Part shown: in pieces, positions 38,261 through 51,908 of the stretch
Numbering within the stretch: the stretch's first letter is position 1
Layout: each line of letters begins with the position of its first letter
NCBI RefSeq assembly: GCF_001194135.2
Contig: NC_068992.1
Coordinates: 1,494,561 to 1,558,560 of the forward strand
Reading direction: 5' to 3'
DNA length: 64,000 nt
From: Octopus bimaculoides
Taxonomy: Eukaryota
Notes under the pieces: generated by a model
Database searches by the model: none
What the model saw: the letters and a program-made list of their open reading frames with translations, nothing else
What the model was told of the DNA's origin: nothing
Program-made: the position numbers and the translations under genes

Positions 38261-41200
38261 CTGAAATGCAATGGAAAATATCCATGTCACAACAACAATG
38301 TCTGGGTGGCATAGTAGTCATTTCCATTATGTTGTAGGTGGAGGTAAATATGAAATAACACTTTCTGACGAAAGGCATAAAAAAATAAAATCTTGTTATA
38401 CGGTGTAAATTGCTCGTTATGCAAAACCAATCCTAAACGTGACACCCGCCACCCTTCCTGCTATTTATGTGTTGCATGTTAATAATTTGGCTCTATTATA
38501 ATAGCTAAATCAATAGATCCCTCTACATAAATATTTTGTCCTCTTTGTAGGAAATCTATCGCAAATGCATCAATGAGTAATCCGCGTATACTTATCTATT
38601 TTCTGGCCATGGATATATTTCCACATTTTAGGGTCAGCGAAGCTCAATTTTTAAGTGTCCTTCTTCTTCTGCAACGAATTAATAACAGAAACTTATAACT
38701 TTTCACACTGGCGCTACATTAGTCGGCTTTCAAAATAAAGTTGGTATATCTAGTTTCAGGTCAAGCCTTGGAGTTAAAAATTTCACTTTGAAAACCTGAG
38801 ATTTAAATCTGGATCCTAATGTGTGATATTTTGCGCATGTTAATATAAATGTAATAAGTATAGAGACTGCTTGAAGGCCAATATCTATAAAGAAAACTGC
38901 AGGACTTTGAATGATATTGGCAGATTCGGTTATCAAATAAGGCACGCATGACTTCCTGTTTTTAAAGAAAAATACGTTCAAAAGAACGACGGCCGTTAAT
39001 GTCTAGGTTTATGTGTTTTCTGATTAATATCATCAAACGCCGTCTTACCAGTTTGATGGTATAATGGTTTTTAGGCTTTTGATATATTTGCCTTTAGTAG
39101 CGAAATAGTTATTTGGGTTTCAAGTATCGCGATATCCATTCTGTTTTCATGATTTTCAAACTAAATTTTCTCCATAAAAAAGCGGGTTACACAATATAAC
39201 AAACATAGCTAGATTACAGAGTACGCAAAGTACTACAATGTATATTTCTGTAAGTTGGAAATGGAGGACCGACTCATGAAAACATGATCAATGAAAACAA
39301 AAATTTTGAGACATTTGAAGATCATATTTCATTACTGCCAGAAAACATCAACATCAACTTCCACCCTCGCCATATGTACACCAAGCACAGACACCTAGAT
39401 GCTTATAGAAGTTTCCAGAGATAATTAAAGCAGGAGCCACGAAACAACAGTTGGTACTCTCAGCCGAAAGGAGTAAATAGTAACACGCATACACCTATCA
39501 ATCTCGAACCAAATAGTTTGTGTGCACATACAATTTTTTTCCTATATAAGAACAGCAGATATCACACACTGTTGTTGTCAGTTCAAACCTCCTACAGTGT
39601 TGTTTATGAATCTCCATACATTCAGAAAAACAAAAGAAAAAGAACACTAGGAAGACATCAAAATATCACTTAAACTGTTCCTCGTATTTCGCCTCATTAT
39701 TGCACATCATAATACTAATTACGGTCCTGAACAGAACAAAAAAATGAAAAACCAAAATGAACAAGCCCTGAAATATAGATAAAATCTAGTCCTTTGGTCG
39801 ATACAATTCTTGCCATGGAAAAGATATGACATATCAACATTCAACAAATGTGATATACACCACCGTTCAGAGATTAACTCGATTTTGAGTTACTGAATGT
39901 TATATCAGTAATAGAATGTTATTGACTTTATCGTCGGTATTTCTTATAATTATTCATAATGGTATTGCAATGCTGACCATCTAGCATTGTGTATATCTAT
40001 AATAATAATAGCCTTTATACCGTTTATACCACATACTTCGGTCTAATAAGTTAGATGGAATTTGAAGGAGATGTTGACTGTTTATTTGGGCTGCACAAAT
40101 GAAGACGTTGCGATTTGTGTTTTGGCTTAGAGCGTTATCGTTTTTATAGCAATTATTTCTATATAGTTTCTATCATTTTAATAAAAAAGTAAACTATTCT
40201 TTATAATCAGTTGTATAAATATACAAGCGTTAGTGTCTGTTGTCTTGAACATATAGTTCTCAGTCAAACACTCTCAGAGTATTATTACTTGTGAATCAAT
40301 ATCTAGACCTTAAAGAGTCGTCACCGTTAAAGCTATCTACTTATATGTGTATTGGTACTCGGCGTTGAGGATGAATGTAGCAGTCATTAAAACGTAAAGA
40401 GGAATAAAACTAAGCTGCGTCCAGTATAATGTTATTAATAAAGGGATGTGTGCTGAATCAAATCGGAAATAGTAGTTATCGTTTATTATTCTCTTCCAAT
40501 TTCTCAAACACCGCCGTTTTATTGCTACTTCCCTCATAAAACTAATTGCACGAATGTCGTTACATTTCTCTAATCAATAACAGAAAACTAACAATATTTA
40601 TTGCCATTTTATATAATTATGCTGTTATAATATATTGCTGCTTGTATTTGATTAAAGTAAATATTTCCTGATTTACCACACTCAGGAAAGCTCTGGAGCG
40701 TAGATACAAAATTATAGAGGAAGAATTAAATATTAGAACGATTGTAGCTAAAACGATCGTTTAGCTAGTATTTCAGCTACAATGCGTGGAGTTCTACCCC
40801 AATAGGATTCAATTATAAATTGAGTAGAAGATATTTATGTTTTGGTGTGATTAGGCAAACGAAATTCACAAAGTTAAAAATGATAAACTATATTCCGAAT
40901 AGTTTTGATTCTTTCACATAGAAACGAAATGTATATTTATCACGTAAAAAAAGACAGTCAAAAGAAACTGGAGGTTTTATGGGTCGACAGATATATGTAA
41001 AGTTCACGAATGTGTATGATTTGTATGCCGTGGGGATATAAACAAACATTTAGAAACTGTCCAGTTGTCTCAGATATTTTTCAACTGCATATTATATGCG
41101 AATAATTTATTGCAAATTGTACTTAAAAAAAAATTTCCCTTTTAAAACTGTTTGGTTATAGTCCAACCTTACCCAGCCTCTCAGATTCTTGACTTTAGCG

Positions 41201-41874
41201 AATATCACATGTTTGACAAATTAAGCAGAAAGAATATCATATTAGTATGCAAGCAGTAGATCCGACTAAAGCGTTATATAATTTTTTTTTTTTTTTTTTT
41301 TTTGCGAATGCTTATGCCAAAATTTGTAGCTTAGCCGATTTTCTAAATTTTGATATTGAATTTTATTATGATAGACATAGTGATCTACCAAGCTGAAATA
41401 TATTGAATCATTTGCAAAAATAATAATTTAGGAAATTTGATATCTTTCATATTTCTGAATGTGCTCTGCATCTATGGTTTGTTTTGCTTTATAACTGCGG
41501 CTGAGAGTATAAAGATCGCTATACATTCTCGACCATTCCGAGAGATTTCGAATAGTGTCCAAGGATTCATTTTCCAGACTCTAACTTCAGTCTTCCTTAA
41601 GGTATACAACTTTGATTTCGGTTGAATAAGATATAATAACAAATACAAGACATTTATGCTCACATATTAACGAAAATTCAATTAAAGATGAACACAATGA
41701 GGAAAATGAGATAAAAAGGAATAACAATTAAAAACAAAACAGTCTCTATTGCTATTCGAACATTACCATGATTCTACCAGCCCTCCGCCTTAAATAACAA
41801 TGATGATGATGATGATGATGATGACGATGATAATAATAATAATAAGAAGAAGAACAATAAAATAATGATAATAG

Positions 41875-42225
41875 CCCGGTGTTGATAGGATCAAAGAGAA
41901 GGAAGAAACCAAACTGAACGACTATGACGATCTGAAGCGGGAAATGCAAAGGTTGTGTTCAATGAGGTAAGTAGACGTGATACCAATAGTAATTAGTGCA
42001 CTTGGAAGCATCAGTACTCAGCTATCAACATGGCTGAAAAAGTTTGGTTCAAATGTTAAGATAGAATACCTTTGGAAATTAGCGTTGCTTGGAACTGCAA
42101 GAATTATTTACAGATTCTTAAAGAATGACAAGTAAACTAGTGCCAACTTAGTTTACTGGTTGTGGACAGCTGATAATTTGCATATCCAGCAAAATCAGCT
42201 GAGAGTTTTCATCGCATAATATTAA
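41875..42225 (+). mobile_element. 3' end of an RLE-type non-LTR retrotransposon (R4/Dong-like)
   Basis: Single frame VDRIKEKEETKLNDYDDLKREMQRLCSMR*VDVIPIVISALGSI...LALLGTARII is the typical C-terminal restriction-like endonuclease segment. A short 3' UTR ends in TAATATTAATAA. Confidence 0.85.
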
Positions 42226-42244
42226 TAAATATGGATGTTACATT

Positions 42245-42410
42245 CAAATCCTTATACAAGCCTTATTAAGGGACCTTTTGAGCGGAATGGGCTATTCGAC
42301 CTGAAAACAATTCTAAGTAGACCTTCACCTGCTAGTTCATGCGCTGTTTATCTTAATATAAGATCACATTGTGGCACACATTCGTTTGTGATGCATATGC
42401 CTGATAAACC
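42245..42410 (+). mobile_element. Family E repeat, distal fragment
   Basis: Begins AAATCCTTATACAAGCCTTATTAAGGG, overlapping CATCCTTCAACAACCCTTATTCA at the end of 50210-50520. The overlap is only about 25 nt. Confidence 0.5.
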
Positions 42411-42754
42411 GTAGCATGTATCAACAATTTTCTGTTGCTGACATTTAACTCAGATGAGAGTTCATTTTTATTACTACACATTTAAAGACTTCGATAACGG
42501 TTTCGTTAAATAATGCATCAGAACAATGACTCGTCAGTTAATAACAGAAACAAAAATAATAAGATTTAGCGAAAAGGAGGAAATTTAATTTATATCATGT
42601 ATCCTGAAACCCTTTCCTATTATTTACTAAGATACTGGCAGATATTAGTAACTTACCATTTCCTCAAGATCTTTTTGCATGTGTTCACTTTTTAACTCCC
42701 ATCGAGTATACACAAAAAAGTATATAGTTATGTTATGCTATTCTTTTATCCTTT

Positions 42755-42810
42755 CTTTCTTTTACTTCATTCACACAGTTGACTGCGGCTATGCTGGAGC
42801 AGCACCATCA
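42755..42810 (-). mobile_element. SINE family B, 3' tail
   Basis: Reverse complement GCTCCAGCATAGCCGCAGTCAACTG...AAGTAAAAG resembles TGGCCGCAGTCAAATGACTGAAACAAGTAAA at 47890-47921. Confidence 0.55.
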
Positions 42811-44779
42811 GATTTTATTTAAGTTCCCCTAGAATGTCTGACTATCCGCTCACCGATAATTTGTTTTCACATTTCTGCTCCGTTATTCAAGAGACCGAAC
42901 TATCACACTAGATTTATCTAGGTATGTATATATACCATATGCCTATACACCGATGTAACCGTGTGTCTATATCTATGTGTACACATATGCATTTATTCAG
43001 ATTCATACACATACTATTATAAACGTTTATGAATATACACAAGCACGTAGACACACACAAATACACACACATACACAAATATATATGCGAGTGTATGAGT
43101 GTGCGTATGGGGGTAGGTGAGGGTAGGGTGTACAACTAGGCACATATATTATATGATATATGTTATTTCAATCTACATGAACATCATTCTTCGGCATCAC
43201 TTCTTAGATAAAAGCACATAAATGATGCAGTCATTAAGTTATTGAGACTTTGAAATTGGCAGAAAAGAGAACGTTCTCCTTGGAAACGAAATGTCTCGTA
43301 AAATATCGGCGAGAATTCTTAGGATGATATATACGTGTATATATATACATATATNNNNNNNNNNNNNNNNNNNNNNNNNNNNNNNNNNNNNNNNNNNNNN
43401 NNNNNNNNNNNNNNNNNNNNNNNNNNNNNNNNNNNNNNNNNNNNNNNNNNNNNNNNNNNNNNNNNNNNNNNNNNNNNNNNNNNNNNNNNNNNNNNNNNNN
43501 NNNNNNNNNNNNNNNNNNNNNNNTATTAACAGAGTAAAAAAGAAAGAGGGAGACTTATATAAATGTATAAGTTTATATTTGTGCACACAACCGTATATAT
43601 GAGAGCTTCCACAAACATTTACACAAATACATATAACATATTTATAAGTGATATACTGCAGACTTTTTATGGATGTCTTGGCACTCGAGATATATAATAT
43701 AGTAGAAAACTTTAAGAGTTTTGCTACAAAATGAAATTAAAGAAACACTGCGAAAGAATATGTCAAGAAAGTTATTTAGAAGTTCCATTTCTTTTGCAGC
43801 TTTTTTAGATATTCTTTTTTTTGCAAAATCACAAGTATTTTATGAACATAAATATATTTGTAAAAGTTAATGTATTAAATAAATATTTTCAAATCACTGG
43901 AATTCTTTGAAATTAAATTAACATATACATGACGATATTTCTTAAATGAGTTATTACGAGAGCTGTATAAAGCTATTACAGAATTACTTTCAATGTTTCC
44001 GTTTCTCTATAGACGACGATTTACAATTTATATATGTACGTTTTATCCTAAACCTATATTTTCAATAAACACTGCTTATCTGTAGATATGAAACAGTTGA
44101 GTCGCAGTCAGATAGACAGAAGAACAATGAAAAAAGCAGAAAATCGCATTGCCTATCCGTGGTAGTTCTACAGCACAACACAAGTGAAACTAAAGCTGTG
44201 TAGAGGTAAGTTACTGTATGTATTCATGTTCATTTTGCCTGATCAAAGGTTTACACTACCTTACTGTCCAAAGAGTTGTATTTACATGCACGTGGGTAAT
44301 CTGGCTTAACACAACGCAGTCAAATATCATAAATAACGAATAAAGACCCTGTCCCAGATATGGCTCGTTAGATGAACGGTAAAATAACAATCGATACCAC
44401 CGTTGGGCACGTGCTTTTCTGGAACAGCGAGAATTTTCTTTACACTTGAGGTAATAAGAATTCCATTTGTCTCGACTTTGTATTATATAACAATTCACTA
44501 TATTGACATGCCTCCAGTTATGTATATTATAACACTCTGTTTTGATTAACTGAAGTCACAATACATAACAGTTCAAACCTGTGCGTTTTGTGGTGCTAAA
44601 ATGGTATTACACAATAGAAATACCTGCCTTCGTTTAAACAATCGTTTTAATGCGTTGCTTTACACGAGCTGCTTTTTTCATCCAGTTTACGTTGTCGAAA
44701 AGACAATCTATATATGTGTGTACCCCTCTGTATATACGTGCATCTGTGTACATATATGTGAAAATATGTATCTGAATAT

Positions 44780-45995
44780 TCTCTTCAATGATTTATTACT
44801 TGCAGTCTCGTAAGGAAGGGGTTGGTTTCTAACAATGACGCACATTTCCAACTTTAGAATACAGATAATCAAAACATTGAATTTGAGAAAATGTTTTGCA
44901 CATTTTTACAGTTCTGCTTTAAAATTGTTAAGTACTTAAGTGTGTTTCTTAAGTAGTTGATTTCTTTTCCTGACAACCATTTCTCTCTCAAATTGTCACT
45001 TAAGCATTAACAAAACGAAGACGCCAATTATTATTAGTAAATGTGAATTTATAACCTGGGTAGAAAACTTAAATATTGTGAAGTAGTTGCCTACAGCCGT
45101 CTTTGATTTTCGAAGTTATATTCACGTTATCAAGGCAGCTGGTCTCTTTGATATTTGTTCTTGCGCTCTGTCCCAAACAAATACATCCAAATAGTTTGTT
45201 TGGTCTTCACTGATGTTTTAATGGGAATGTTCCTTGTGTTGATGTGTATGAATGAAACATGGGACATGTTTTTTTCATTAGGTGATATTTTATATAATTT
45301 TACCAACAACAATCATCATGTTATATAGTGGACGTAGTATCGATATTTAGGGCCAGCTGCTCATCATGTGTTTGATGTTTTCCTCAGAAATGTGGTATAA
45401 TCGACATTACTGGGTGCATCTTATGGCACGAAGAGCTTCACGGATTCTTTTTGTTCGTTAAGTTTATTATATCAATCGCTTATTCTTGGATAGCTTTCGA
45501 AGGTAATATGGTGGTCTTAGGATCCAAGTAAGACTGGACCTCATGTAGTCATTAATGTGATGTACAAGTCTTCGTGTAGCATACCCATGAAGAGTCAGTT
45601 TTTGTCATACTGAGCATTTCACATCCAGTTATCGCTTGAAGTATGTTAGTCAAGTTATTTTAATGTTCTGCTGGAAGTCATAAAGAAGATGCGTACGATG
45701 TTGCTGTTTTCGCTTTTCAGAACTGCAAAACTTGCTTTCATATTTTTTTTTTTTGTAGCTATTGTTTGGTAGGTGCCGTCTAGATGGCTTCTACAGTATT
45801 CAAAAGATACTTACTCTTAAGACTCTACCTCCTTCATTTATTTTTTTTACACATAACCTCTGGAGATAACTGATTCTGTGGAAGATTCCAGTGATATCGG
45901 TGTCTTGTGAGCTTTAGTGTCTATGGATGGGCCTATGTATGGTGACTCGAAAGCATTGTGGGATATTGTCTTGTAATATGAGAGCTCCGACTGCT
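44780..45995 (-). mobile_element. RLE-type non-LTR retrotransposon relic (zinc knuckle plus endonuclease), second lineage
   Basis: Broken minus frames give AIQE*AI, CRLYHISEENIKHM (CCHC knuckle remnant), NIPIKTSVKTK, WDR, ETSCLDNVN, FYPGYKFTF and TVKMCKTF, in the expected order. Confidence 0.75.
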
Positions 45996-47566
45996 TTATT
46001 TTTATATGTATATATGCACAAATATATGTATACATACATACATACATANNNNNNNNNNNNNNNNNNNNNNNNNNNNNNNNNNNNNNNNNNNNNNNNNNNN
46101 NNNNNNNNNNNNNNNNNNNNNNNNNNNNNNNNNNNNNNNNNNNNNNNNNNNNNNNNNNNNNNNNNNNNNNNNNNNNNNNNNNNNNNNNNNNNNNNNNNNN
46201 NNNNNNNNNNNNNNNNNNNNNNNNNNNNNNNNNNNNNNNNNNNNNNNNNNNNNNNNNNNNNNNNNNNNNNNNNNNNNNNNNNNNNNNNNNNNNNNNNNNN
46301 NNNNNNNNNNNNNNNNNNNNNNNNNNNNNNNNNNNNNNNNNNNNNATATATATATATATACATATATACATACATATATACTTATATATGTATTTGTATA
46401 CTCATATGTGTGTGTGTGTGCTTGTGCGTGTGTACTTATATTAATCCGGGTATTACAGATGGAGGATTATAAAGTTATTATACACCGTATTCATCCGGAA
46501 TGAAAGTATACGAAACAAGTTCACCGATTTTGTAGCCTTTAGTAATACTTCGATGGCTTTTGTCTTTCTATACATGTTTGCAATAATATAGCAAAGTAAT
46601 TACTGTGAGTTCTCGACATTTGACAAACCTACCTTACCGCTTCCTCGTATAGGAAATGTGAAGATAATTGATGTCACATATCAATTGAACTTGCTTCCTC
46701 TAGTGCATATAAAATAGATCATTAATTACATATGTAATATTCAATATTTAATGAAATGCTACTAGTGACATAGAAAGTTTTATCTATTTCTGAATAAATG
46801 AATCAAAGAACAGATTGGCGCGTGAATAAAATATCACAGTCTTTACTATATTCTACATATATGGCAATTGGCTGATGTCGAACCCCTATCTCAATTTAGT
46901 TGCAATTCAATATTTGTTTTTTGTTCATATGACTATGGCGAGACGCAGATTTGAAGCCTTTTTTGCATTTACCAGATTTGTATAGGCTAAATGTACTAAT
47001 TACAGAACAATTATTCTATTAACTTTATTGTGCATGTCATAAATTTGATGACATTTTTATTGCCTACAACTGTGTGCAATCTCTACCACATTTCCTTGTT
47101 CATAGTGTATGTATGTCGATAAGGTGCAAAACTAAGCAAATAAAGATTTCATGTGAAGACTGTCGTAATGATCAATTATGTGCGACTGCAGAAGTGATGT
47201 TCTGTGTCGTGTAACCGGATGTCATGCGGTGCGTAAATTCATGCATTCCACTATATTAGACCTAGTCAGTTACACTGGCTTAGCAAACCTTGTCTTTTCA
47301 GATAAGTCGTCCTATTTGTTTATGGTGAACGAACGATTTTTAAGCGAGGAAGCCCAAAGTATTTTGCCATGTTAATAAGTAGATTAAAGAAGGAAAATAT
47401 TGTACATAACAAAGATGGTGTCATCTATTTTAATTCACTTCAATTTCTTTGAGGCACTTCCAATTTTCTATACATGAAGAATCAGTTATATACGTAGTGT
47501 ACCTATAATAGGTAATATTTGTTTCAAGTTTATATATTCCATTAGAAATAACAAACTGTTAACTAA

Positions 47567-47935
47567 GGCGCAGGAGTCGCTATGTGGTAAGTAGCTTGCT
47601 TATCAACCACATGGTTCCGGGTGCAGTCCCACTGCGTGGCACCTTGTGCATGTGTCTTCTACTATAGCCTGGAGCCGACTAAAGCCTTGTGAGTGGATTT
47701 GGTAGATGGAAGCTGGAAGAAACCCTTCGTATATGTATATGCATACGTATGTGTGTATATATATTTGTGTGTCTGTGTTTGTCCCCAACATCGCTTGACA
47801 ACCGATGCTTGTGTGTTTACGTCCCCGTAACTTAGCGGTTCGGCAAAAGAGACCGATAGAATAAGTACTAGGCTTACAAAGAATAAGCTCTGGCCGCAGT
47901 CAAATGACTGAAACAAGTAAAGGAGTAAAAGAGTA
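47567..47935 (+). mobile_element. SINE family B, near full length
   Basis: Head GGCGCAGGAGTCGCTATGTGG, B-box-like GGGTGCAGTCC, internal (TA/TG) tract and a (GAGTAAA)n tail. This is the reference copy for the other fragments. Confidence 0.9.
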
Positions 47936-48029
47936 AATAATTGAATTCTTCGTGTAGACAAAAATGACCTGTTTTTTACTTTTTTATGTTTCATCAGACA
48001 GGCAGCATCGGAACGAGAAACTAGCAACA

Positions 48030-48048
48030 GAGAAAGAGAGAGAGAGAA

Positions 48049-48140
<92 letters not shown>
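48030..48140. repeat. (GA)n microsatellite
   Basis: Directly visible. Confidence 0.95.
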
Positions 48141-48264
48141 TTGTTTTCAAATCCAGGGCCGGCTCTGGATGTTTAGAACTCCACTAGATGTATACTGAGC
48201 AAGCAAAGACCCTGAACAGATATCACACGGTATGATTTATCCCAAACCACCTCCATGGAAAAGC

Positions 48265-48380
48265 TGTTTATTTTATCGACCCGAATGAATGGTATCCAAA
48301 CTTGACCTCGTTGAGATTTTCCTCTCAGAGTGCAATGAGGAAGAAACAAATATTACAAGTATTGCTGTCACCCGATATCA
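48265..48380 (-). mobile_element. SINE family A, old fragment
   Basis: TTTTATCGACCC and TTGACCTCG..GAGATTT...CTCAGA are the reverse complement of family A internal motifs. Confidence 0.45.
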
Positions 48381-50130
48381 CAGGTTCGTCTCCAACTGGA
48401 GAGAACATGAGGGAACGAAATTAATTGATCTCAATTGGAAGCAAGCTGGGTTCTATGTAATACTTGTCTGGAATTCTTTACAAAACTTGCCTTAGAAACG
48501 TAGTATGCATTGGTTAGACGAGTGAATCGTAACTTAATACTTCTGAACAATTATGAATTCCAAATTGTGTTCTTCGTGCCAACTTTGCGAGGCGTTCACA
48601 TTGCATGTCATACGAAATTGTTTTGATAGAAAATATAAAACTGTCGAAAATTACATGTCATGAAATCTATTTCCTAAATGTTCCGTACTTATCAAACCGT
48701 TAAATAGATATTGCTTTCTATAAAATAGACTCAAAATCTTGATATTTCAATATTCCCGAAATAGGAAATGGAAAAGAAACTTATTTCTATTTCCAAGCAT
48801 ATTATCGGTGCAAATAATGATGTGACATAAGTAGAACCGTAGGCTGGAAATTTTAATTAACCGAAAAATTAACTCGCTTGTATTTAGATATTTTCCTCAC
48901 GCTTATAAATATTATGCATTTTAATGAAACCATTAATTGTTGGAAAATTCTGATGGTGTGAACAAGCTAAGCGTAAAAAATGTTGTAAGTACTAAATTTC
49001 CCGAGAATTTATGTTACGGATGCATGTTAGATTTAATGTTTGTTATTATTTTCTCATTCTTCCATGAAATGATAATTTCATTGCCTTCCTATTTTAGATG
49101 TAATTACATCAAAAGAAAAAAACAAACATTCTGTTTAACTATATATTTGAACTTCCATAATCATGACTAGTTGGGAATATGTATTCATGTGAGTATATAA
49201 AGTTTGTGATTTTGAAAGAGAATCGAAACCGGAGACGCCCATTCTCTGAGAGTAGAATTAACGGTCCATTTCTGTTGATAGGTGACAAGTTTCAAATTTG
49301 TTCCGCATCATAGTAAACGACACAGTCGTCGTCATTTCTCATGTGAAATATGAGCTCTAAAAGTTCAATCTGTTTCTAACCCTCTGTGTGAAGTCAGACA
49401 TCATTTCAAGTAGAGAAACATGAAAAATTAGAAAGAGCGAGTTATATAGATAGATAGATAGAGAAAGAAAGGTGTAATATTAGTAGGGAATGTTTTTATG
49501 ACCGTGTCTATTCATTTATATATAAATTTGCGCATGCGTGGGTATGAGTGGTTGCGCGCGCGCGTTGTGTGAGCGTATATTTTTGTGTACTTATATGTGT
49601 GCATAAGTGATATGGGTATATGCGCCTATGTTTGTGTATATATGTGTCATTTCATGTACATGTGTGTATTCGTGATATTCTGGGAAAATATGTGTGTATT
49701 TCTATGTATGTGCATGCGCATTTGTGTGTATATCTGTATATTTATGCGTATACGTGTGCATATATTTATGTGTATGTGATTTGTTTATATATGTGTGTAT
49801 ATTTATGTATATGTGTGTGTGTGTATTTGTTGGTGTGTGACTACTTTGCTTCTATTCTCGACGTCGTCAGTCATTACTAAGAACTCAAATAATTGTTCAG
49901 CCAACGACGAGAATCATTTCTTACATAAGAAGAATACTTGACAAGAAATTGAATTTGTAAACTGACAGGAGTATTCGATTATATAGACCTCAATGCAGGA
50001 CTCGTAATGTACATCATCGATTTCATAAGGGTGAAAATCAAAGATGACATGGGTTGAATTTTTAAACACAACACGAAATGATGTGGCAAATAAAAGATTT
50101 TCTTCTCATGATCGAGCGAAACTTTTTACC

Positions 50131-50151
50131 AATAATAATAATAATAATAAT

Positions 50152-50193
<42 letters not shown>

Positions 50194-50205
50194 AAATAAT
50201 AATAA
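50131..50205. repeat. (AAT)n microsatellite
   Basis: Directly visible; abuts the family E copy. Confidence 0.95.
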
Positions 50206-50209
50206 ATAC

Positions 50210-50520
50210 CCTGATGCATTACCAGGCAGTGACTCCCATGGCGTCTGATCTCAAATGATATATATTGTTTTGTCTTGGTATAAATGATGGGGTAAAGCAA
50301 ATATTCTGCTAAATACCACAGATTTGCTTTTCAGATATTTGACCATAACTACTTGAGCAAGTCCCTTAGTGGCTGACGATATGTGCATCTCTGGTCACGA
50401 GCAGAAGTAGTGAGAGAGCATCATACCCATGTGTAGAGAGGAATTCTTTGGGGGTTTGGAGAATTCACGTTTCGAAACTTGGGTGTATTGTTCATCATCC
50501 TTCAACAACCCTTATTCAAA
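50210..50520 (+). mobile_element. Unclassified dispersed repeat, family E (longest copy)
   Basis: Shares about 200 bp with 38000-38260 in inverted orientation. Confidence 0.75.
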
Positions 50521-51867
50521 TAAATATGCACACACCTTCATACAAAGCCCTCATAAGCAGTATCATACTTATGAAACTATCATTCCATATCGAACATATA
50601 CGCTCACAATACGTCATCGATTACCTAAGACTTTTCAATATGTAACGTGATGTGAGCAGCTGATCTCTACAATGGACTTTTTTGGCAATATACATGTNNN
50701 NNNNNNNNNNNNNNNNNNNNNNNNNNNNNNNNNNNNNNNNNNNNNNNNNNNNNNNNNNNNNNNNNNNNNNNNNNNNNNNNNNNNNNNNNNNNNNNNNNNN
50801 NNNNNNNNNNNNNNNNNNNNNNNNNNNNNNNNNNNNNNNNNNNNNNNNNNNNNNNNNNNNNNNNNNNNNNNNNNNNNNNNNNNNNNNNNNNNNNNNNNNN
50901 NNNNNNNNNNNNNNNNNNNNNNNNNNNNNNNNNNNNNNNNNNNNNNNNNNNNNNNNNNNNNNNNNNNNNNNNNNNNNNNNNNNNNNNNNNNNNNNNNNNN
51001 NNNNNNNNNNNNNNNNNNNNNNNNNNNNNNNNNNNNNNNNNNNNNNNNNNNNNNNNNNNNNNNNNNNNNNNNNNNNNNNNNNNNNNNNNNNNNNNNNNNN
51101 NNNNNNNNNNNNNNNNNNNNNNNNNNNNNNNNNNNNNNNNNNNNNNNNNNNNNNNNNNNNNNNNNNNATATACATTAGCTAATTTTCTTATTTCTAATAG
51201 CTTTCTTCCATATCTTTAGCTAATGTTTGTTCAAAATGTTTATACCTTATTTGTTATATCATTAAACATTAACACTATTTGTGAGAATATTGTTGCACGA
51301 AGCCGTTAAGATCTCATGAAGGATATTAAAACCTGAGAAAAGTAAGCTGTCTACACTCTGATAACAAAATTACTTATATTTAAACTTCACTTGAGATTCT
51401 TGTTTTTTTTATATCATATATATCTCTTCAATTCGTATGATAATGACTACAGGAGATAACGATTACGTTTATATATTTGAGTGACATGCTCTATCTCATT
51501 CATCGTAATTCGTAACGAAGCTGCGATAACCTGCATGCTATTTGGTCGTTATCGACACTTTAATTTCTCCTTCTTTTCATATATTCTACTAAATATGAAA
51601 ACTTAGCAACTTAAATCACAACTAAAGCTTGTCTATTTTGTAACTTTCCTAACTACAATAGTTAGTATTTGTGTCTGTACGTATGTATGTATTTGCGTTT
51701 GTATGTATGTATGTATATATGTGTGTATGTATGTATATATATATATATATTTATATATTTGTATGTGTATATATATGTATATATATATATGTATGTATGC
51801 ATATATGTATATATGACAAATAAATATACATAAACAGACAGACACACACACACGCACACACACACAT

Positions 51868-51908
<41 letters not shown>

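Noticed and set aside
38145-38378. 77-aa minus ORF
   Set aside because: Much of it overlaps the family E repeat copy.
38938-38947. TAAGGCACGC, matching the start of miR-124
   Set aside because: The match ends after 10 nt and there is no precursor hairpin.
39029-39060. 10-bp hairpin with CGTCTTACC in the loop (miR-200/miR-8 star-like)
   Set aside because: Stem is far too short for a pre-miRNA and the motif lies in the loop.
40686-40764. Short frame KALERRYKIIEEELNIRTIVAKTIV after an acceptor
   Set aside because: 25 codons, no good donor, no other support.
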